Source of the DNA: Chiloscyllium plagiosum
Taxonomy: Eukaryota
Direction: 5' to 3'
Assembly: GCF_004010195.1 (NCBI RefSeq)
Contig: NC_057718.1
Coordinates: forward strand, 25,299,313-25,363,260
DNA: 63,948 nt
The notes below the pieces were generated by a model. The model did no database searches. It saw only the letters and a program-made list of their open reading frames with translations, and had not been told where the DNA came from. Of the stretch, positions 12,300 to 25,974 are shown in pieces. Positions within the stretch are counted from its first letter, which is position 1; the number at the start of each line of letters is the position of its first letter. The position numbers and the translations under genes are program-made.

Positions 12300-13050
12300 C
12301 CTCAGCCCAATGTCTTCAGGTATGAGCATATCTAGACAAATCTATCCCTCCTCCACTGCTTCTTTATTTCCAACACCTCCCCACAACTCCATGACATTTT
12401 CCCATGCAGTTGGAGAAGGTGTGACACCTGTCTGTTTACGTCCTCTTGCCTCACTATCCAAGGCCTCACACCATTTGGTCTACTCTACACTGGGGAGACA
12501 AATGGCAGACTAAATGACCACTTTGCAGAACACAATACACAAAAGTGACCCTGAGCTTCCAGTTGCCTGCCACTTCAATACACCACCACATTCCCATGCC
12601 AACATTTCTGTCTAAGACCTACTGTGGCACTCAGGTGAACCTCAGCGCAAGTTCGAAGAACAGCATCTCATCTTCTGCTTCGGGACCCTGAAGCCACTAG
12701 ACTGGGATCAATAACATTAGACCCCAATTCCAACCTTCCACTTTTTAACCCACATTGCACCCTGGCCAGATTGAGTTCAACACAGCCGGCCCATTCTCTC
12801 CGACTTTCAGAACTGATTATCACTTTTTTAGCTTTTCTCCTTTCCTCGCCTACTCTCAATAATCTCCTTGTCTTCCCACTCCTTCTGTCTCTGTCTCTGT
12901 CTCTGTCTCACCTCCTCCCATCCCCTCAACTCCCAATCTCATCTTCAGCAAAAATAAATATTACATTTTCCCAGCTATCAGTTCTGATGAAGTCACCAGA
13001 CTTGAAATATTAGTTCTGCTTTCACCCGCAGGTGCTGCCAAGCCTGTTTT
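12300..13050 (+). mobile_element. Decayed Penelope-like element 3' part
   Basis: LYTGET...LNDHFAEH and pvachfn-type motifs; terminal ctgatgaagtcaccagacttgaaa hammerhead remnant near 12984. Confidence 0.7.
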
Positions 13051-13254
13051 TATTTCGGGGCAGGTATTCGGGAACTGCATAAAGAATGATTAGGCATTAC
13101 CCTGCTCTAATCAATAGTCTTCATTGTTCCAGAACTATCAAGAACAAGATGTTGCCAGTGACTTTATGCCACCAGTAATTATTTCCTTAAATCCTCTTCC
13201 TTGTTCCTCTTGACTGACCTTTCTAAGAGGTGCTGAGTAGGTACTGCCCTTTCA

Positions 13255-13480
13255 AATGTGCCATCTTTCAGATGAGGTATAAACCAACATACTCCCTAAT
13301 CTTTAAGGACAAAAGATCCCATGGCTTTATTCAAAGAACAGGGAGTTCCTCCATTGTCTTAGCTAATGTCTATTCTTCACCCAACAATGATTGATGACCA
13401 TATCATATTTTTATACAATTTCATTGCTTTTTGTGGAACCTTGCACAAATTTGTTGCTGTATTTCCCTCTTCACAATACC
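13255..13480 (+). mobile_element. DeuSINE (SacSINE1-like) Deu-domain remnant
   Basis: gtgccatctttcagatgag...aaagatcccatggc...gggagttcctcc...gtcttagctaat matches the recalled Deu-domain consensus. Confidence 0.65.
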
Positions 13481-13489
13481 CTCAACCGT

Positions 13490-14820
13490 GAGTTTCCCAC
13501 CCATCTGACCATTTATCCTTCTTGATTTTGTTCTACCACCTCTCTGGTCTCTTCTGGCTGAAGTAAGTCAAATTTGGTTTTCAGCTGGTAGTTGAACATT
13601 AAGGATGCTGGCAAAGAGTGGGTCATTGCTGTGGCATGTTCCTATATATGCTGAGGAACTTTTTGATTCATCATCCTGGCAGCCACTTCCCTTTTGAAGC
13701 CTTTAAGGTCTGCTTCAAGGTTTGTGTAAATCTCTCTGCCTGGCTGTTTGTCGTAGGGTGATACAGAGCCTATCTCACATGTCGGACTCTGTGATTTTCC
13801 AGGTATTCCTCGAGCTTTTGTGCCACCAACTGGATGATTATCACTCATGACTTGTTTGGGGTTTGCGAACCTGGCAAATAATTCATAGTTAGTCTATCAT
13901 TGTACCTATTACCGACTTCATGTCCACCACCTTGGGCCACTTGGAATGGATATCCATGACCACAAGTAACATATGTCCCCCTACTGATCCTATGAAATCA
14001 ATGTGAATATGCTGCAATGTTAATTGAGGCCATTCTCATAGGTGAAGGGGTGACAATGGGACCTTTTGAAAATGTAAGTCTCATATGATCCCATTTTTAC
14101 TCTCTCTGGGAATCCACCTTTTACCACTAAAAGTAGCTCCTGGCTATTTCGTTCATTCGCACCACGCTGGGCTGCCCTTTGTGCACTTGTTCCAACAGAT
14201 TTCCCATTAACAGGGGAGGAATAACAACTCTCATTCTTCATAATAAACATCCGATATGAAAAGCTCCCACCTGCTGGACAGTTAAGGTCAGTAATTCTGG
14301 GCTGCTTCTATGACAAGTCCTTTCCCTCAAGACTAAGTCCACCACTAGGCTTCAGACCAAGTCATTCCAAAAAAACATTCAGGCCCCAACTCACTCAAAT
14401 TGTGTTTTTATCTGGGAAAAGTGCATCATTTTCAGGGTACAGTTGGGAACGTCCTTTTTCCCAGTCGTGGTAACATTGACAAAGCATCTGCATTGTTGTG
14501 CTTCTTTGACTGCTGGTATCTGATATCTTGTGAGTGGGTTGACATAGCCAGTGCCCACCTCTGCAGGCATGCCACAGCCATTGACAGTGTTCCCGTATAT
14601 GGGCCACAAATGGAGGTTAGCAGTCTGTGCTCTGTCAGCAGCACAAGTGCCTGCTGTAAAAAAAAAAGCATTGCCCACAGTTTGTGGCTGAAACCCCACC
14701 CTCGTTGCCAATTTTAACCAGAAATAGAACACGAGGTAGACGGAGCGTAAACTTGAAAAGGCAATACTTTATTTGGACTCCATAGTTAGTCCTAGACTCT
14801 CCCCCTAGCTCCTGTCTCCA
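13490..14820 (-). mobile_element. Ty3/Gypsy LTR retrotransposon relic (integrase, possible gag pieces)
   Basis: Reverse strand near 13930-14020 reads LQHIHIDFIGSVGGHMLLVVMDIHSKWPK, then PKQVMSDN (integrase DDE core); boundaries approximate. Confidence 0.75.
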
Positions 14821-15582
14821 CACCTGACTTGCCTCTTAAAGGGGCAACACAATCCCAACCAAATACATAACACTCCTCTCCCTTTTTTTCATCCTCTCCT
14901 TTTCAATATATGTACATCCAACAATTATAATAACTCTTATACAAGCCTTGGGCTTCCAGAAGCTTGACCGACATGCAGTTCTACAAGTCAGGTGTCCTGT
15001 GACATCCATCTTAAAGAACAGCAATGTTCTTTATGAAAACAGATATACCTGCGATGGAATATTTCAAAGTTTAAACCAGAAATATATGTAGAGTTTCTTT
15101 TTAGTGTACCTTTATGTCAAAAATAAAGACGAGAAACTTAGAATTTTTTTTAACCTAGAGAGCATTATGTCAGTTGCTTCTGCTGCTCATCCCCAAAGTT
15201 CCCATCTGCTCCAACCATAAACGTGTATTGTTTTCTATTTTTATACCCTTCTGCCTTCAGGCTGTCCGTGAGCTCTTTAGATGCACGGCATCCAAATGTA
15301 CTTTCTTGACACCATTTCCAGCAAATTATTCAGCCTGCCCACCTTAGTGGCTGTTGTTTATACAGTTCCTTCTTTTTTAAAGTCAACCTCACCACTTGTT
15401 GCTCAATAAAAACAAACCACCATCCCACATGCATTTGTCTCTGTGATGTCATTTTTCTTCATTGAAACACTACATAAATGTTTCTTTGGTTTTGATCTCA
15501 GGAAGTCTCAGTGTAAAATGGTTTGTATTCATTTTGCACTTCATACAACATGCCTATTGTTTCCATTCTCCTTTGACCACAG

Positions 15583-15752
15583 GCTCAATTATAACTTGGG
15601 AGCTTTATACGGGAGAGAAAGTTAAAGTCATTCCTCCGACCACAGAAAACACTGAAGAAGATCATCGCATTTCACAGCTGTACTTTATGAACTATGGCAA
15701 CCCGCAAATAGTGCTTGCTTTTGGTTGGAAAAACAAGATCAAAATTCTTCAG
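15583..15752 (+). CDS. WDR64: WDR64 exon (3rd)
   Basis: ccacag|GCTCA...CTTCAG|gtttct; (G)SIITWELYTGEKVKVIPPTTENTEEDHRISQLYFMNYGNPQIVLAFGWKNKIKILQ; phase 1 to 0; weak donor. Confidence 0.88.
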
Positions 15753-16823
15753 GTTTCTAGAATTTACCACAGTATTTATTTAGCTTCCCTGTATGACATG
15801 AAGATATAAAGATCTGTTACATGCAACATGTAAAATAATTGACATGTAAATATCAAAAGAGATTAGAAAATGACGAATTGTTTTCTTTAGTACAGAGAAG
15901 GTGAAGGAAAGTTTAATAGAGTGTTCAAATTGATGCTAAATTTGATAGAGTTGAATGGGAGAATCTGTTTACACTGGCTGGAGGCCCACGGAACAGAGGA
16001 AACCATGTAAACTAATTGATAAAGCTGCAAGCTGAGAGTTGAGAATTGTCTTTTGCTCAGCAGTATACAGTATCTGAAAGTACAGTGGAAGTAAATTCAA
16101 TTGTACTTTACAGGTGGCTGTGTAATAGCTGGGCCACCTTTGACAGTGCTTTCAGTGCTTGACCATTCTCTGCTTCATTCTTAATTGTTTGAGAGGTCTT
16201 GGAGAACAGCTCTCAGACCTTGAGAGGAAACTTGTTGTGAAGCTTTCCCTGCAATGCTAAGCATCTAATCTGAATGATCTGCATAAAAGCAGGCTACATT
16301 GTGCTTCCTACATTGACAACAGAAATCCTCTCTCCAATTCCCTTTTCTGTCATGGATAGTACACACTGATGTTATGATCCCACCTGATGGTAATTCTGGA
16401 ATGAAACTTGGCTTCATAGGTCATAAGATTTACTTTACAATGTGGTTACCATGGACATCAGTCATGTTACATATTCACACAAGGCCATCATTGCTTTCAA
16501 CAAAAAAGTAGAAGTGTGATATACATAAAAAAAGTCCAAAGATATTTATGAAGCACACCCACCCCACATTGCAACTACTACTGACCCAGTCACTGCTTGA
16601 CTGTCTGGAGACTTGACACAAGCCCCAGGAAACATCCCACTGAAACCCATTAAATTCCACAGCTCCCTCCTTCATGAAAACACTTGTGGAGGTGAGTAGA
16701 TAATAGGCACCAGCACACTGCCAAGAAATGTAGTTTTACACTCACCTCTGGGCATTAGAGTATTCAGCCTCATGTGTAAATAAGTCATTTCTGTAAAAAG
16801 AAAATAAACCCACTGCGTCATTG

Positions 16824-17110
16824 TAGCATGGTGGTCAGCATCACAGCGTCAGGGTCCCTGGTTCGATTTCAGCCCTGGTTGACTGTCTTGTGAAGTTTGC
16901 ACGTTCCTCCCATGTTTGTGTGGGTTTCCACTGGGTATCTGGTTTCATCCCACTGTCAAAAGATGTGCTGGTTAGGTCGATTGGTCATGGTAAATGTGGA
17001 GTTATGGGGATAGGGTAAGGGGCTGGGTTTCATGGGATGTTCTTCAGAGGGTCAGCACAAACATGATAGGCCAAATGGCTTCCTTCCATGCTGTAGGGAG
17101 TCTATGACTC
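16824..17110 (+). mobile_element. HE1-type V-SINE (diverged)
   Basis: B-box ggttcgatttc, V-domain gtttgcacgttcctcccatgtttgtgtgggtttcc, CR1-type tail. Confidence 0.8.
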
Positions 17111-17116
17111 TTCATA

Positions 17117-17338
17117 CAGTAAACCCTCTGTATTTGCAAAATTATGTATCATGAATTTGCCTATCCACGCCAAAAAGTAAATAAGACCAAAAATCAACAC
17201 CCGTGGGCAAAAGTTGTGGATCCACAATATTTTTAACCATTTTCAACTTATTTTTCATGAGCTGTGCACTCATGAATTTCATAATTTGCAGGGGTTCTCA
17301 GGAAGAGAACCTTCAGGGGATAGGGAGGAATGGCTATA
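17117..17338. mobile_element. Probable Tigger-like MITE
   Basis: TA|cagtaaaccctc start and ggggttctcaggaa...aacc subterminal motif; right TIR degraded. Confidence 0.45.
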
Positions 17339-17624
17339 CAGGGTACTTGGTTGAAAGTTTAGTTCTAGATGCATCTTCCTGCAATAACCAGTTGCAACAA
17401 CAGCAATTTCTTCAGGTATCTCAGGCGCCTGTACTCCTGAGTGACTAGAATCTGGATAGAATATGGCAACATTTAGTTCTAATAGCTGGGACTGGATTTA
17501 TTTACACATCTTACAAGCAAATTCAGCTTCAGAATGGCATACTGTCGTGAAGCTTCATTAAATAAACAAGCAGAGAACCATTAATACAATGCATTCAGTT
17601 CCTAACAGTCTCATTTCCCCAAAG

Positions 17625-17759
17625 GATACATCAGATGAACCGAATCTAACCATTCTAGCAGAATTTCCAGATATAATCACTACAATATATAACAGAAGCA
17701 GTTTAGCCAGGAGGAAGGAATTACAATTTCTCAGTGCAGAATTACATGCTGGAAAGGAG
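17625..17759 (+). CDS. WDR64: WDR64 exon (4th)
   Basis: ttccccaaag|GATACA...GGAG|gtaact; DTSDEPNLTILAEFPDIITTIYNRSSLARRKELQFLSAELHAGKE; phase 0 to 0; similar to recalled GKEDDIYLMVIWELPDV. Confidence 0.78.
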
Positions 17760-18024
17760 GTAACTGTAATACTTTTGATGTTTTGTCATCTTATCATATA
17801 AATACATTAGTGGCATTGTCATATGCATTTTGGGACAAATTAATGTGTAATATTGGATAGGAATCATCTGTACAGAATTATAAAACATTCTGAGAGTAGA
17901 ACTCCACATGTTATAGGTCTCAGCTTCTTACTCCAAGCCTTTACAGCTATAAACAGAATTTTAAGGCACGAGTAGAAATTGGTCATGTTTCAGGAGTGGT
18001 ATTCAAAATCAGTACTTTTAAAAA

Positions 18025-18330
18025 TATTCATTCACAGCATTTATTGATCATCTCTAATTGCTCAGGGGACAGATAAGATTCAACAACATTGCTGTTGGCC
18101 CTGAATCATATATAGGCCGGACCAGGTAAGCTTGGAAGAATTTGTTCCCGAAAAGACATTAGTGTTGACAATGGGTACATGATTGCCATGGGCCACCTCC
18201 ACATTCAAGAGGATTTTCTTTTTTAACTTGAATTCATGTTTCACTATCTGGACTGGTGGGATTTGAACCCATGCCCCCAGAATTTTGGCCTGGAGTTCTG
18301 GATTATTAGTGCAGTGATATCACTGCCTCC
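18025..18330 (-). mobile_element. tRNA-derived SINE fragment
   Basis: gggatttgaaccc is a reverse-strand B box; LINE-type tail at left end. Confidence 0.55.
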
Positions 18331-19084
18331 TCACCTACACTGAAATCAATGTACCATATAAAATAGGCCTGTCATGTGAATAAGACCAGCAGGCAGGAGA
18401 GGCTCGCTGCATTCCAAAGACAGTGCATCAGTTCAAGCAAGGATGAAGGTTGGCCATTTTTGGATGCTGCACTGGTCCTGTGGTTTGTCAGGGAAAGAAG
18501 TAGGAGGGAGAAATAGGTAACGGCCTATAATTTCAATATAGAGCAATGCAGAGGAGCACCTCCTCTTTCTAGTCCCAAGTTCAGTAATATTTTACTTGTT
18601 GGTGGTGAGCAACTACCCCTTACTCCCCCATTCACCCATTTTCATTACCTGTGAATACTTCGCTGGCTTGATTGTTCCTGAAGACATTGATTGCAACCAG
18701 CACAACACATGCTATTGTTAGACATAAAGGGAAACTTCTGTTACACAAAAGCAGTGATAGAAGGTTCATTATTTGCATAGGCAGTAACATTCATTTCAGC
18801 TGATACACAGGACAACTAAGGAGTATGCTAACCACTGTGGCAATCAGCATGTTCCTTGTGTGTTGCAGGCACATTTGACAGGTGATGTACACTTTTAAGT
18901 CACTCTCCTATTTTGCGCTGAAGAAATGAGCAGAGTGAATTCCAATTTCATTCCTACTGTTCCATTGCTTACCATTTTTCATTCCTTGCAATAAATCTAT
19001 TAGCTATTGCATATTAATTATATATGTTGTTTAGCCTGCATGTCAGTTCATCAAATTGTAATCATTTGTTTTGCATTATTGCAG

Positions 19085-19212
19085 AATGAACTGACCGACA
19101 CAGCACTAAGTGGCATTGATTTAATAAACATCAATGATGAAAATTTGCTAGCTGTTGGATGGCTCAATTTAATCATGATATGGAATTTAGATATGGCATC
19201 CCTCTTGCAAGT
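19085..19212 (+). CDS. WDR64: WDR64 exon (5th)
   Basis: ttgcag|AATGAA...CAAGT|gtaagc; NELTDTALSGIDLININDENLLAVGWLNLIMIWNLDMASLLQ(V); WD-like IMIWN; phase 0 to 2. Confidence 0.85.
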
Positions 19213-20595
19213 GTAAGCAAAGTTTCTTCAGTTGTTGAATATTCAAAGATTTACCCAAATCTTTTAAAAATGAGACTTTGGAGATTAGTCAGTTCTCATG
19301 AATTATAAGAGGAGGTTGACACTAATTTAAGACAAAGACATGAGGACATATTAACGTCGCATAAACAACATAAGATTTTGCATGGGACAGCAATCAATCT
19401 GTGATCGGGTAGGAGAAGGAAATACTTTCTACCTGGATATATTGTTAACCAACTTGGACTGTTAGGTAAACACATCATGGCTGTTTTACTCCCTGTGAAA
19501 ATTTCTTGCCAGGTTTCAACCAGTTTCCACCCAGTCCATGGAAAGGTTAAGATTGTTTCAAGTCTTTCTGTTCCATTTGCAGCTGCATGATAGTTATTGT
19601 TATCTTGACTCTGCCCAGGTCCTGAGCGACTCACATGATAACTTATATTTGGCACTGATTAATTTAAAATTGGGATCCTGTCAAATAGGTAGAATTCAGA
19701 TGCAGTTTCCAGCAATTTTCACTGCTGAGGGAAGGACCTGCACAAGAAACTAGGAATTGCTGAAAGCTGTGAATATTTTCAGAACACTGTTTAAAACAAG
19801 TGACATTCACAGGTAGTGTGATAAATTGGAGGATCTGTTCCAGTAGAAATAACTGATTTCTCCAGAATGCTGTGTTTTTTGAGAAGAAGCTCCATTTTGC
19901 ATCTATCCTCATCATCCATTTACTGCAGTAGGACATCTTATCCTGCTGAAATAAAATAAATGTATTAATATCCAATTGATTCAAAAGTTTGTAAGTTTGT
20001 TTGAGGCACTTTGAGATTTGCATGACGAAATATGATGTGAAGTAATGAGTGAGTAGCAATAGGGATGGTCTTAGATCAGGCAAGTGGCAGAAGGCAAGTT
20101 CAGAATGGGTGCGTAGATTTCCCTGTGGAATCAGGTGGCGGTAGTCGGCTTCTTGTGAATTATTTAGGATAATCAAAACTTTAACTCATTTAGTAGGCAA
20201 CTACATATGTTCCTGAATTCTCATTTCCTCGAGGGACATGGGCCAAGTACTGGAAATAGAGTTAGGCTGGTGATTTTCAGACATGATGGACAGAGAGGTC
20301 TCATGTGTTGTAAATCTTTCTCCACTTCCTAAATATTCCAAGTATCTAAAAAGGAGGAATGTGTATGGATGTGGGGAGAGGGCAGATGAATGGCAGTACA
20401 TGAATTAGACTTTAGGAGGGACAGCACAACCATGATGTGCCAAATGGCCTTCTGTGTTATAATGATTCTATGAATTTTAAATCAGAGAAAGAAACATGAT
20501 TCCTCAACATGCACACTTGGGAGGCACGATTTCCTAATGTGAGAAAGATTTCATTACATGTGGTATTACCAATATTTATTTGCATTGAATTCTAG

Positions 20596-20733
20596 GTTTA
20601 ATGAAGATCGAATTACAGAAACACGAGATGAAGTTAAAGATCAGGAATTGATGCATGATGTCAAGTCACCCATGGTTAAAATAGTCAAATTTGTACCCCT
20701 CAAACTGCAAATTAATGAGATAGAAATTACTGG
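20596..20733 (+). CDS. WDR64: WDR64 exon (6th)
   Basis: ttctag|GTTTAAT...ACTGG|gtaaat; (V)FNEDRITETRDEVKDQELMHDVKSPMVKIVKFVPLKLQINEIEIT(G); phase 2 to 2 matches neighbours; sequence similarity weak. Confidence 0.7.
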
Positions 20734-21874
20734 GTAAATATGCCAATTACTTCAAAACTCTTCTTAATAATTTTAGCTTGTATCACAGAAAATTGCTTGT
20801 ACATAAATGAAAGATTTTTTTCAGTTAATTGCCAATCTGCTTTCTTTTGTACAAATTCAACCCTTTGTTGTCCTTAACTTTTGATGCCATGTTCTAAGTT
20901 CCTGTGCAAGAAGAATGAAATGACATCCATTTTTTGCTCCTCTATTTCTTATAATTTAATTGTTTTAACAAGTCATTTACTTTTTCAGTGAAAACATGCA
21001 AAAACTATATGATATGCATTTGTTGAAAAAGTACAAGAAGCTATGGGAAAGTGTATCATAGTCTGATTTTTCCAGATATTCAATTGCTATATTTTAATTA
21101 AATATAGCAGAGATCATTAATTATGATAGTTTATACCCAAATGTTATGAACAGATTTTGCACTGCTAAAGATGCATTGATTCTGTAACATCAATGCCTTC
21201 GTTGTTACAGGATGATTTGTATGTCACCAACGGCATGGTGACACTCAGAAACAGGGAAGGAGGGTGAAATTGGGACCAAGATAGTGATGGCTGCTCCCAC
21301 CATGGATATTAAATGCCAATTATTTGATTGCCTGGCAACTCACAGATGCAGGATTTATTCATCGATAGAGCCAGAAGCTCACCTCAAGCCAATTGAAAGC
21401 CCATATAAAATTCCTGTGTGTTCTCGGCAAGTGTCAAAGTTAGCTGTCCTGTTGTTCACAGAGTTTTATAGTGCAGAAGGAAGCCATTCATCCCATTGTA
21501 CTCATTGTGCCATGTTAATTGTAATGTTCTAGTATGAACGTTTCATCAGGAACTAAATCATAGGTTAGTATATTTAAAATAGCAACATACATTGCAAGCT
21601 ATGAATCAGGCATTACAGCAAGCCAACTGGTTTCCACGTGTGAAGCTTGCAACCCCACAACAGACTGACTATGCAGAGTCCAGCACTACATACACACCTT
21701 AAAGATATAGAAAAAATAACTTCCTGCTTTCCAACACACAGTTAATTTACTTACAATAAGCTGTTGAGTCTCTGTGAAGTATAGGTAATTTACTGACGGT
21801 CCAGATTTTGTGGCTCTGACTTAGTTTGGAGGTGCCAATGATTGCTTATTGGCATCAGTGACATTGTCTGTTGT

Positions 21875-22180
21875 TAGGTATGTATGTTAGCTCACTGAGC
21901 TGAAAGATTTGTTTTCAGACATTTTGTCACCATGACTAGGTAACATTTATCAGTGAGAGTCTGCGGTGAAGTGCTGGTGGTATGTCCTGCCTCTCTATTG
22001 ATAGGTCCTGGTTTCTGAAGGTAGGTGATGTCATCTCCGGGTTCTTCTTTTCAAGGGAAGGTACATGGGATCTAAGTCATTGTGTTTATTGGTGGAGTTC
22101 TGGTTACAATGCTTTGCCTCTAAGAATTGTCGTGTCTGTCTGTTTTGCCTGTCCTAGGATGTGTCTGTTGTTCCTGTTTG
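21875..22180 (-). mobile_element. Penelope (Poseidon-like) 3' fragment
   Basis: Reverse-complement similarity to 26800-27080 and 53760-53930. Confidence 0.75.
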
Positions 22181-22199
22181 TATTGACATGATTTTCTTA

Positions 22200-24060
22200 T
22201 TTGTACTGAAGTTGCTATTCCAGAATTATACTAACTTGATGCACTACTGCCAGATTACCACTGACTGATCTAATTTCTGAAGCTAAACTGAGTTGTTCAA
22301 ATCTTCTTGGCAATTCATGTTTTGTTCCTTAAGCAGTTCCTGCTCAGTTAGAAACATTTGGTTTTGCAGTCTGGATTTTTCCAATTCTATCAAAGTTTTC
22401 ACCTGCTTTTGTTCCAGTATACTTTTCCCCTTTGTAACTTGCTTTATTAACTATCCAGCCACTCACAATCATTTTCTCTTTTGATTTCTTTGAAGCCTGG
22501 ATATTTTCCATTTTATAGTTGCTTCAGTGGAGTTTGATTGTCTCTATGACTTGCTTGACTTCTTCCACCATTTGCTTCTGAAACATATGACTCAGTATGA
22601 TTTGTAGTGTGTTATTGTGTGCACTGTGTATCTCCAGCTGTTCTTACAAATGTGTTGTTTTTCTTGAGCATCACTTTGAGTTCAGGTCGATGTACCTGCT
22701 CATTTTGGGCCTGAACTGTTTTAGATTTGAATTGCTCAGTATCGTCCACTAAACCACTAATACTTTCATTGAGGAAGGGGGAGCCAAAATATTAACTCGG
22801 ATTTCCTTCACAGATGCTGCCAGACCTGCTGAGCTTTTCCAGCAACTTCTGTTTTTGTTTCTGATTCGCACTTCTTTCGGTTTATCTTTAATATTTTCAT
22901 GGGATTGATAATACAGAACTTGTGGTTCATCTTATTTCCTTCCTTTATCCTTCAGCTCATCATTCATCTTCGAGAGCTGTATAGAGGTAACCTCTAAAGA
23001 ATTCATTATCTCAAAGATGCTGTTTTCAAGATCAAATTATTTTGAAGTCTTTTCCTTTTGAACTTCAATTTGTTTTCCCACAGCAGAGAGCTGAGATTTC
23101 AACTCACCGATTCAGAAGAAGGTGGTGTCCTTTCATGTTCAGGTCTGCAAATCGTCTGCTGCAGTTTCTGTTGTTTCTCCGATGTTTAACTGACTCCATT
23201 GATTGTGACTAATGTGAGATCACAGTACACTGGTACTGTACACCTGCAATTACTGGCCCAGCAGAGTCTACAGTCCAAACATCTGCAAGTACATTAATTG
23301 TATTTTGCACCCAATAGCTATTGATTCTGCACATGGAATTGATGAACGATGATATGCTTAAAGTTTATATTTGTATGTTTTATTATAACTTCCCATTTGT
23401 GTACATGTCATGATCAGAATGTGCAGGAAGCTTATGTTGGTACTTTTCTACGTGGACAGTAATGAATAGTCACTAGTTTTTTTGAGCACAGGTAATTTGA
23501 AGTTCACAAACAGTTTGGATGGTGCGATGTTTTCCATGAGATTGACAGTGTGAAATGTTTTCACCATTCTTTGGTTCAATGTGTCCTTTATTGCAGCTTG
23601 ACGGTACTTATTGTACACAGACTATTTGGTTTAGTGCTCCTTGTACCTGCCTCAGCTTCTGCTCTTGTGCACTATCTCTATTGATGTTCTTTTCTGACAC
23701 ATACCTTGCAAAATCAAAATTGATTGAAGCTTAGTGCATGTAGAAGTCCAAACATTCCACAATCTTGCTACTTTTGAGAGTTCTAGCCATTACCTCAATC
23801 ATTGGCTTTGTACGTGGATTAACTGTAATAATATATTTACATTAAGTACAAAGATTACCATAAGAAATATTTTTCTCTCCAAGTCCATGTGATTTTGGCA
23901 TTCATTTTGTTTCTTAGTTGCTCTTGACATAGCATCTACAATGATATTGTTTTTGCCTGTTAAATGATTGATTGTATGATTGTAGCTTTGAGATCCAATG
24001 GAACTATATGAGATTTTGATGTTGGAATCTCCCTTTGCAGATTTGTTGACTATCTAGATC
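22200..24060 (-). mobile_element. Gypsy-like LTR retrotransposon relic
   Basis: Reverse strand near 23925-24000 reads WISKLQSYNHTINHLTGKNNIIVDAMSR (end of Gypsy RNase H); AYH-like integrase motif near 23350; extent approximate. Confidence 0.6.
22758..22900 (+). mobile_element. Short PLE terminal fragment
   Basis: cagatgctgccagacctgctgagcttttccagc; flanked by near-duplicate taatactttcat / taatattttcat. Confidence 0.6.
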
Positions 24061-25974
24061 TCTAAGCAGAAAATGAGGCATTGTTTATCAAGATTGCACT
24101 GTGCTTCATTGTAATGTTGTAGCAGACCCAGGAGAGAAATGTTAACGTGAGAGCATGGTCATTTAATTGAAATGGCAAACAACTGGAAATTTCAGAGTCG
24201 TATGTACATACAGAGTAAAGTAATCTGTATAATTAAACTCTACCTTAACTCTTTAGTATGTCCAGTCCTCAAAAAACTAATTTCGTTAAAAGATCCTAAT
24301 TAAATTTAACAAATTCTCTTCTTGCCAAGAGCCTGACTCTTTCAAAATCACAGTTGATGGTAGTATTGGACAAGTCAGACTCTAGAATGAAATCTGATTT
24401 CATAAACCATAAACTTTTAGTTTTGCAGTTTGATTAGCATAATGATCTGTCACTGAACATATTCAGACAAGGCTGCAAACATGCTTTTAGTAAACCAGTT
24501 CAAGTTTATTACACAAAGGTTATATATATGACAATTTAGAAAGATTTTAACATAAACAGCAGGAAAATATCAATGCAACAATTAAGCTATGTTCTATATA
24601 AGGCATTACCACCCTTTTCCCAGCAACATTCTTTGCAGTCACTCAATCCCAGGGAAGAGTCACTCTTTTGTTAATTTTACAATTATTCGTCATATTATCT
24701 TCTCTAGTTCTGATGGCCAAGAGACATCTTTCCAGCTCTGTTGGCCTCAACACATCATTACAGCTCTGATTGCCTGAGACTTCTTTCCAGTCTTGACAGC
24801 CTGGATTTCTTGCCAGTTCTCACAGTCTGGAGGCTTTTATACAATACTCAGTTTGGAGATTTTCACAAACAAAACACTGTCCTTCAGCTTTCATGACTTC
24901 TCTTCTTCACCTGATCTCAAACAGCTAGTGGCATCTCATTTGTTTTGATGTAGGTCATAAAACTCAGCATTGTAAACATTGTGCAATTGACCTCCCAGAA
25001 AGCTAATTGAGTCTTTTAACTTATGTCACACTTTTTCTTGGATCAACTGTCTTGAGTTCAAATGTAAGTGACTTTCTGACCTTTGTAAAAAATAAGTTAC
25101 CTTCACAGAACTAAAATTCATCATCCCTCTACTTTCAAATCTAAGTTTACAAATAGTAACAATCCGCTACAAATATACACTACTCTCAGGACTAAAACAG
25201 GTACCAATAAAGCAAATGGATACTTATAAATGGAAAGTCCAATAACTTTTTGTGGTATACCATGAGAGGGTATTAGTTCAGATTGTGTTCTGAAGTGAAG
25301 TGTTTGAACCTTGGAGTTGGATCCAGAAACTGTGATGGCTTCTGTGGTTGGATAGCGTGAATTCTTGTGTACAGGTACACGAACAAAACGGCAGAACTTG
25401 GAAGAGAGACAGATATTTCCTGGCTTCTGGTTCTGCAGGTATAAAGCACTTTTAGCTACCCAGTTACTTTGCAGCATACTAGAAGTTGTTTTAAGAGGTC
25501 TTTCACCATCCTTTACTTCACACTCTCTGTACTGGGAGGTGTGTTCTCCTGAACAATTCAAAACAGAATCTCTGTTTGTCTAGGCAGCTTACCTTTTGAA
25601 TCATTCTTAACAAGATGACCACTTACCCTGCATGCCTATGCAACAATTAGGATATATTCTTTCTAAATTATTGGCATTCCAGTGATAGCTTACCTCCTCA
25701 CTGTGGTCTTTTTCGTTAGTGACTAATGCAGTATGTTATTCAAGAACTTGTGCCTCACAACTGTCTGTAAGTTAGAAATGTTTGGGAACATTGGATCAAA
25801 TGTACTGTATATAGCCTCCAAAGCCTATTTTGAATTTTGGTCAATCTCAAATTTATATTCTCAGAATGAGTCATCAAGGAACTTTCTTAACTCTTGCATG
25901 ACAGTTTTTATATATTTGTGCATGTTTCTCTGTCATCTATAATAAACTGGCAGTAGTGTAATAAAGTGACTTGT

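Noticed and set aside
19296..20176. Minus-strand ORFs of 119 and 170 aa
   Set aside because: No recognisable motifs, non-ATG start for the longer one, intronic; likely chance ORFs
21211..21263. Exon-like segment ttacag|GATGATTTG...GGAGG|gtgaaa
   Set aside because: Has a stop in the phase-2 frame required after 20733 and no WDR64-like sequence
24260..25700. Possible LTR(s) next to the Gypsy relic
   Set aside because: Could not identify paired LTRs, clear TG...CA ends, PBS/PPT or TSD by eye
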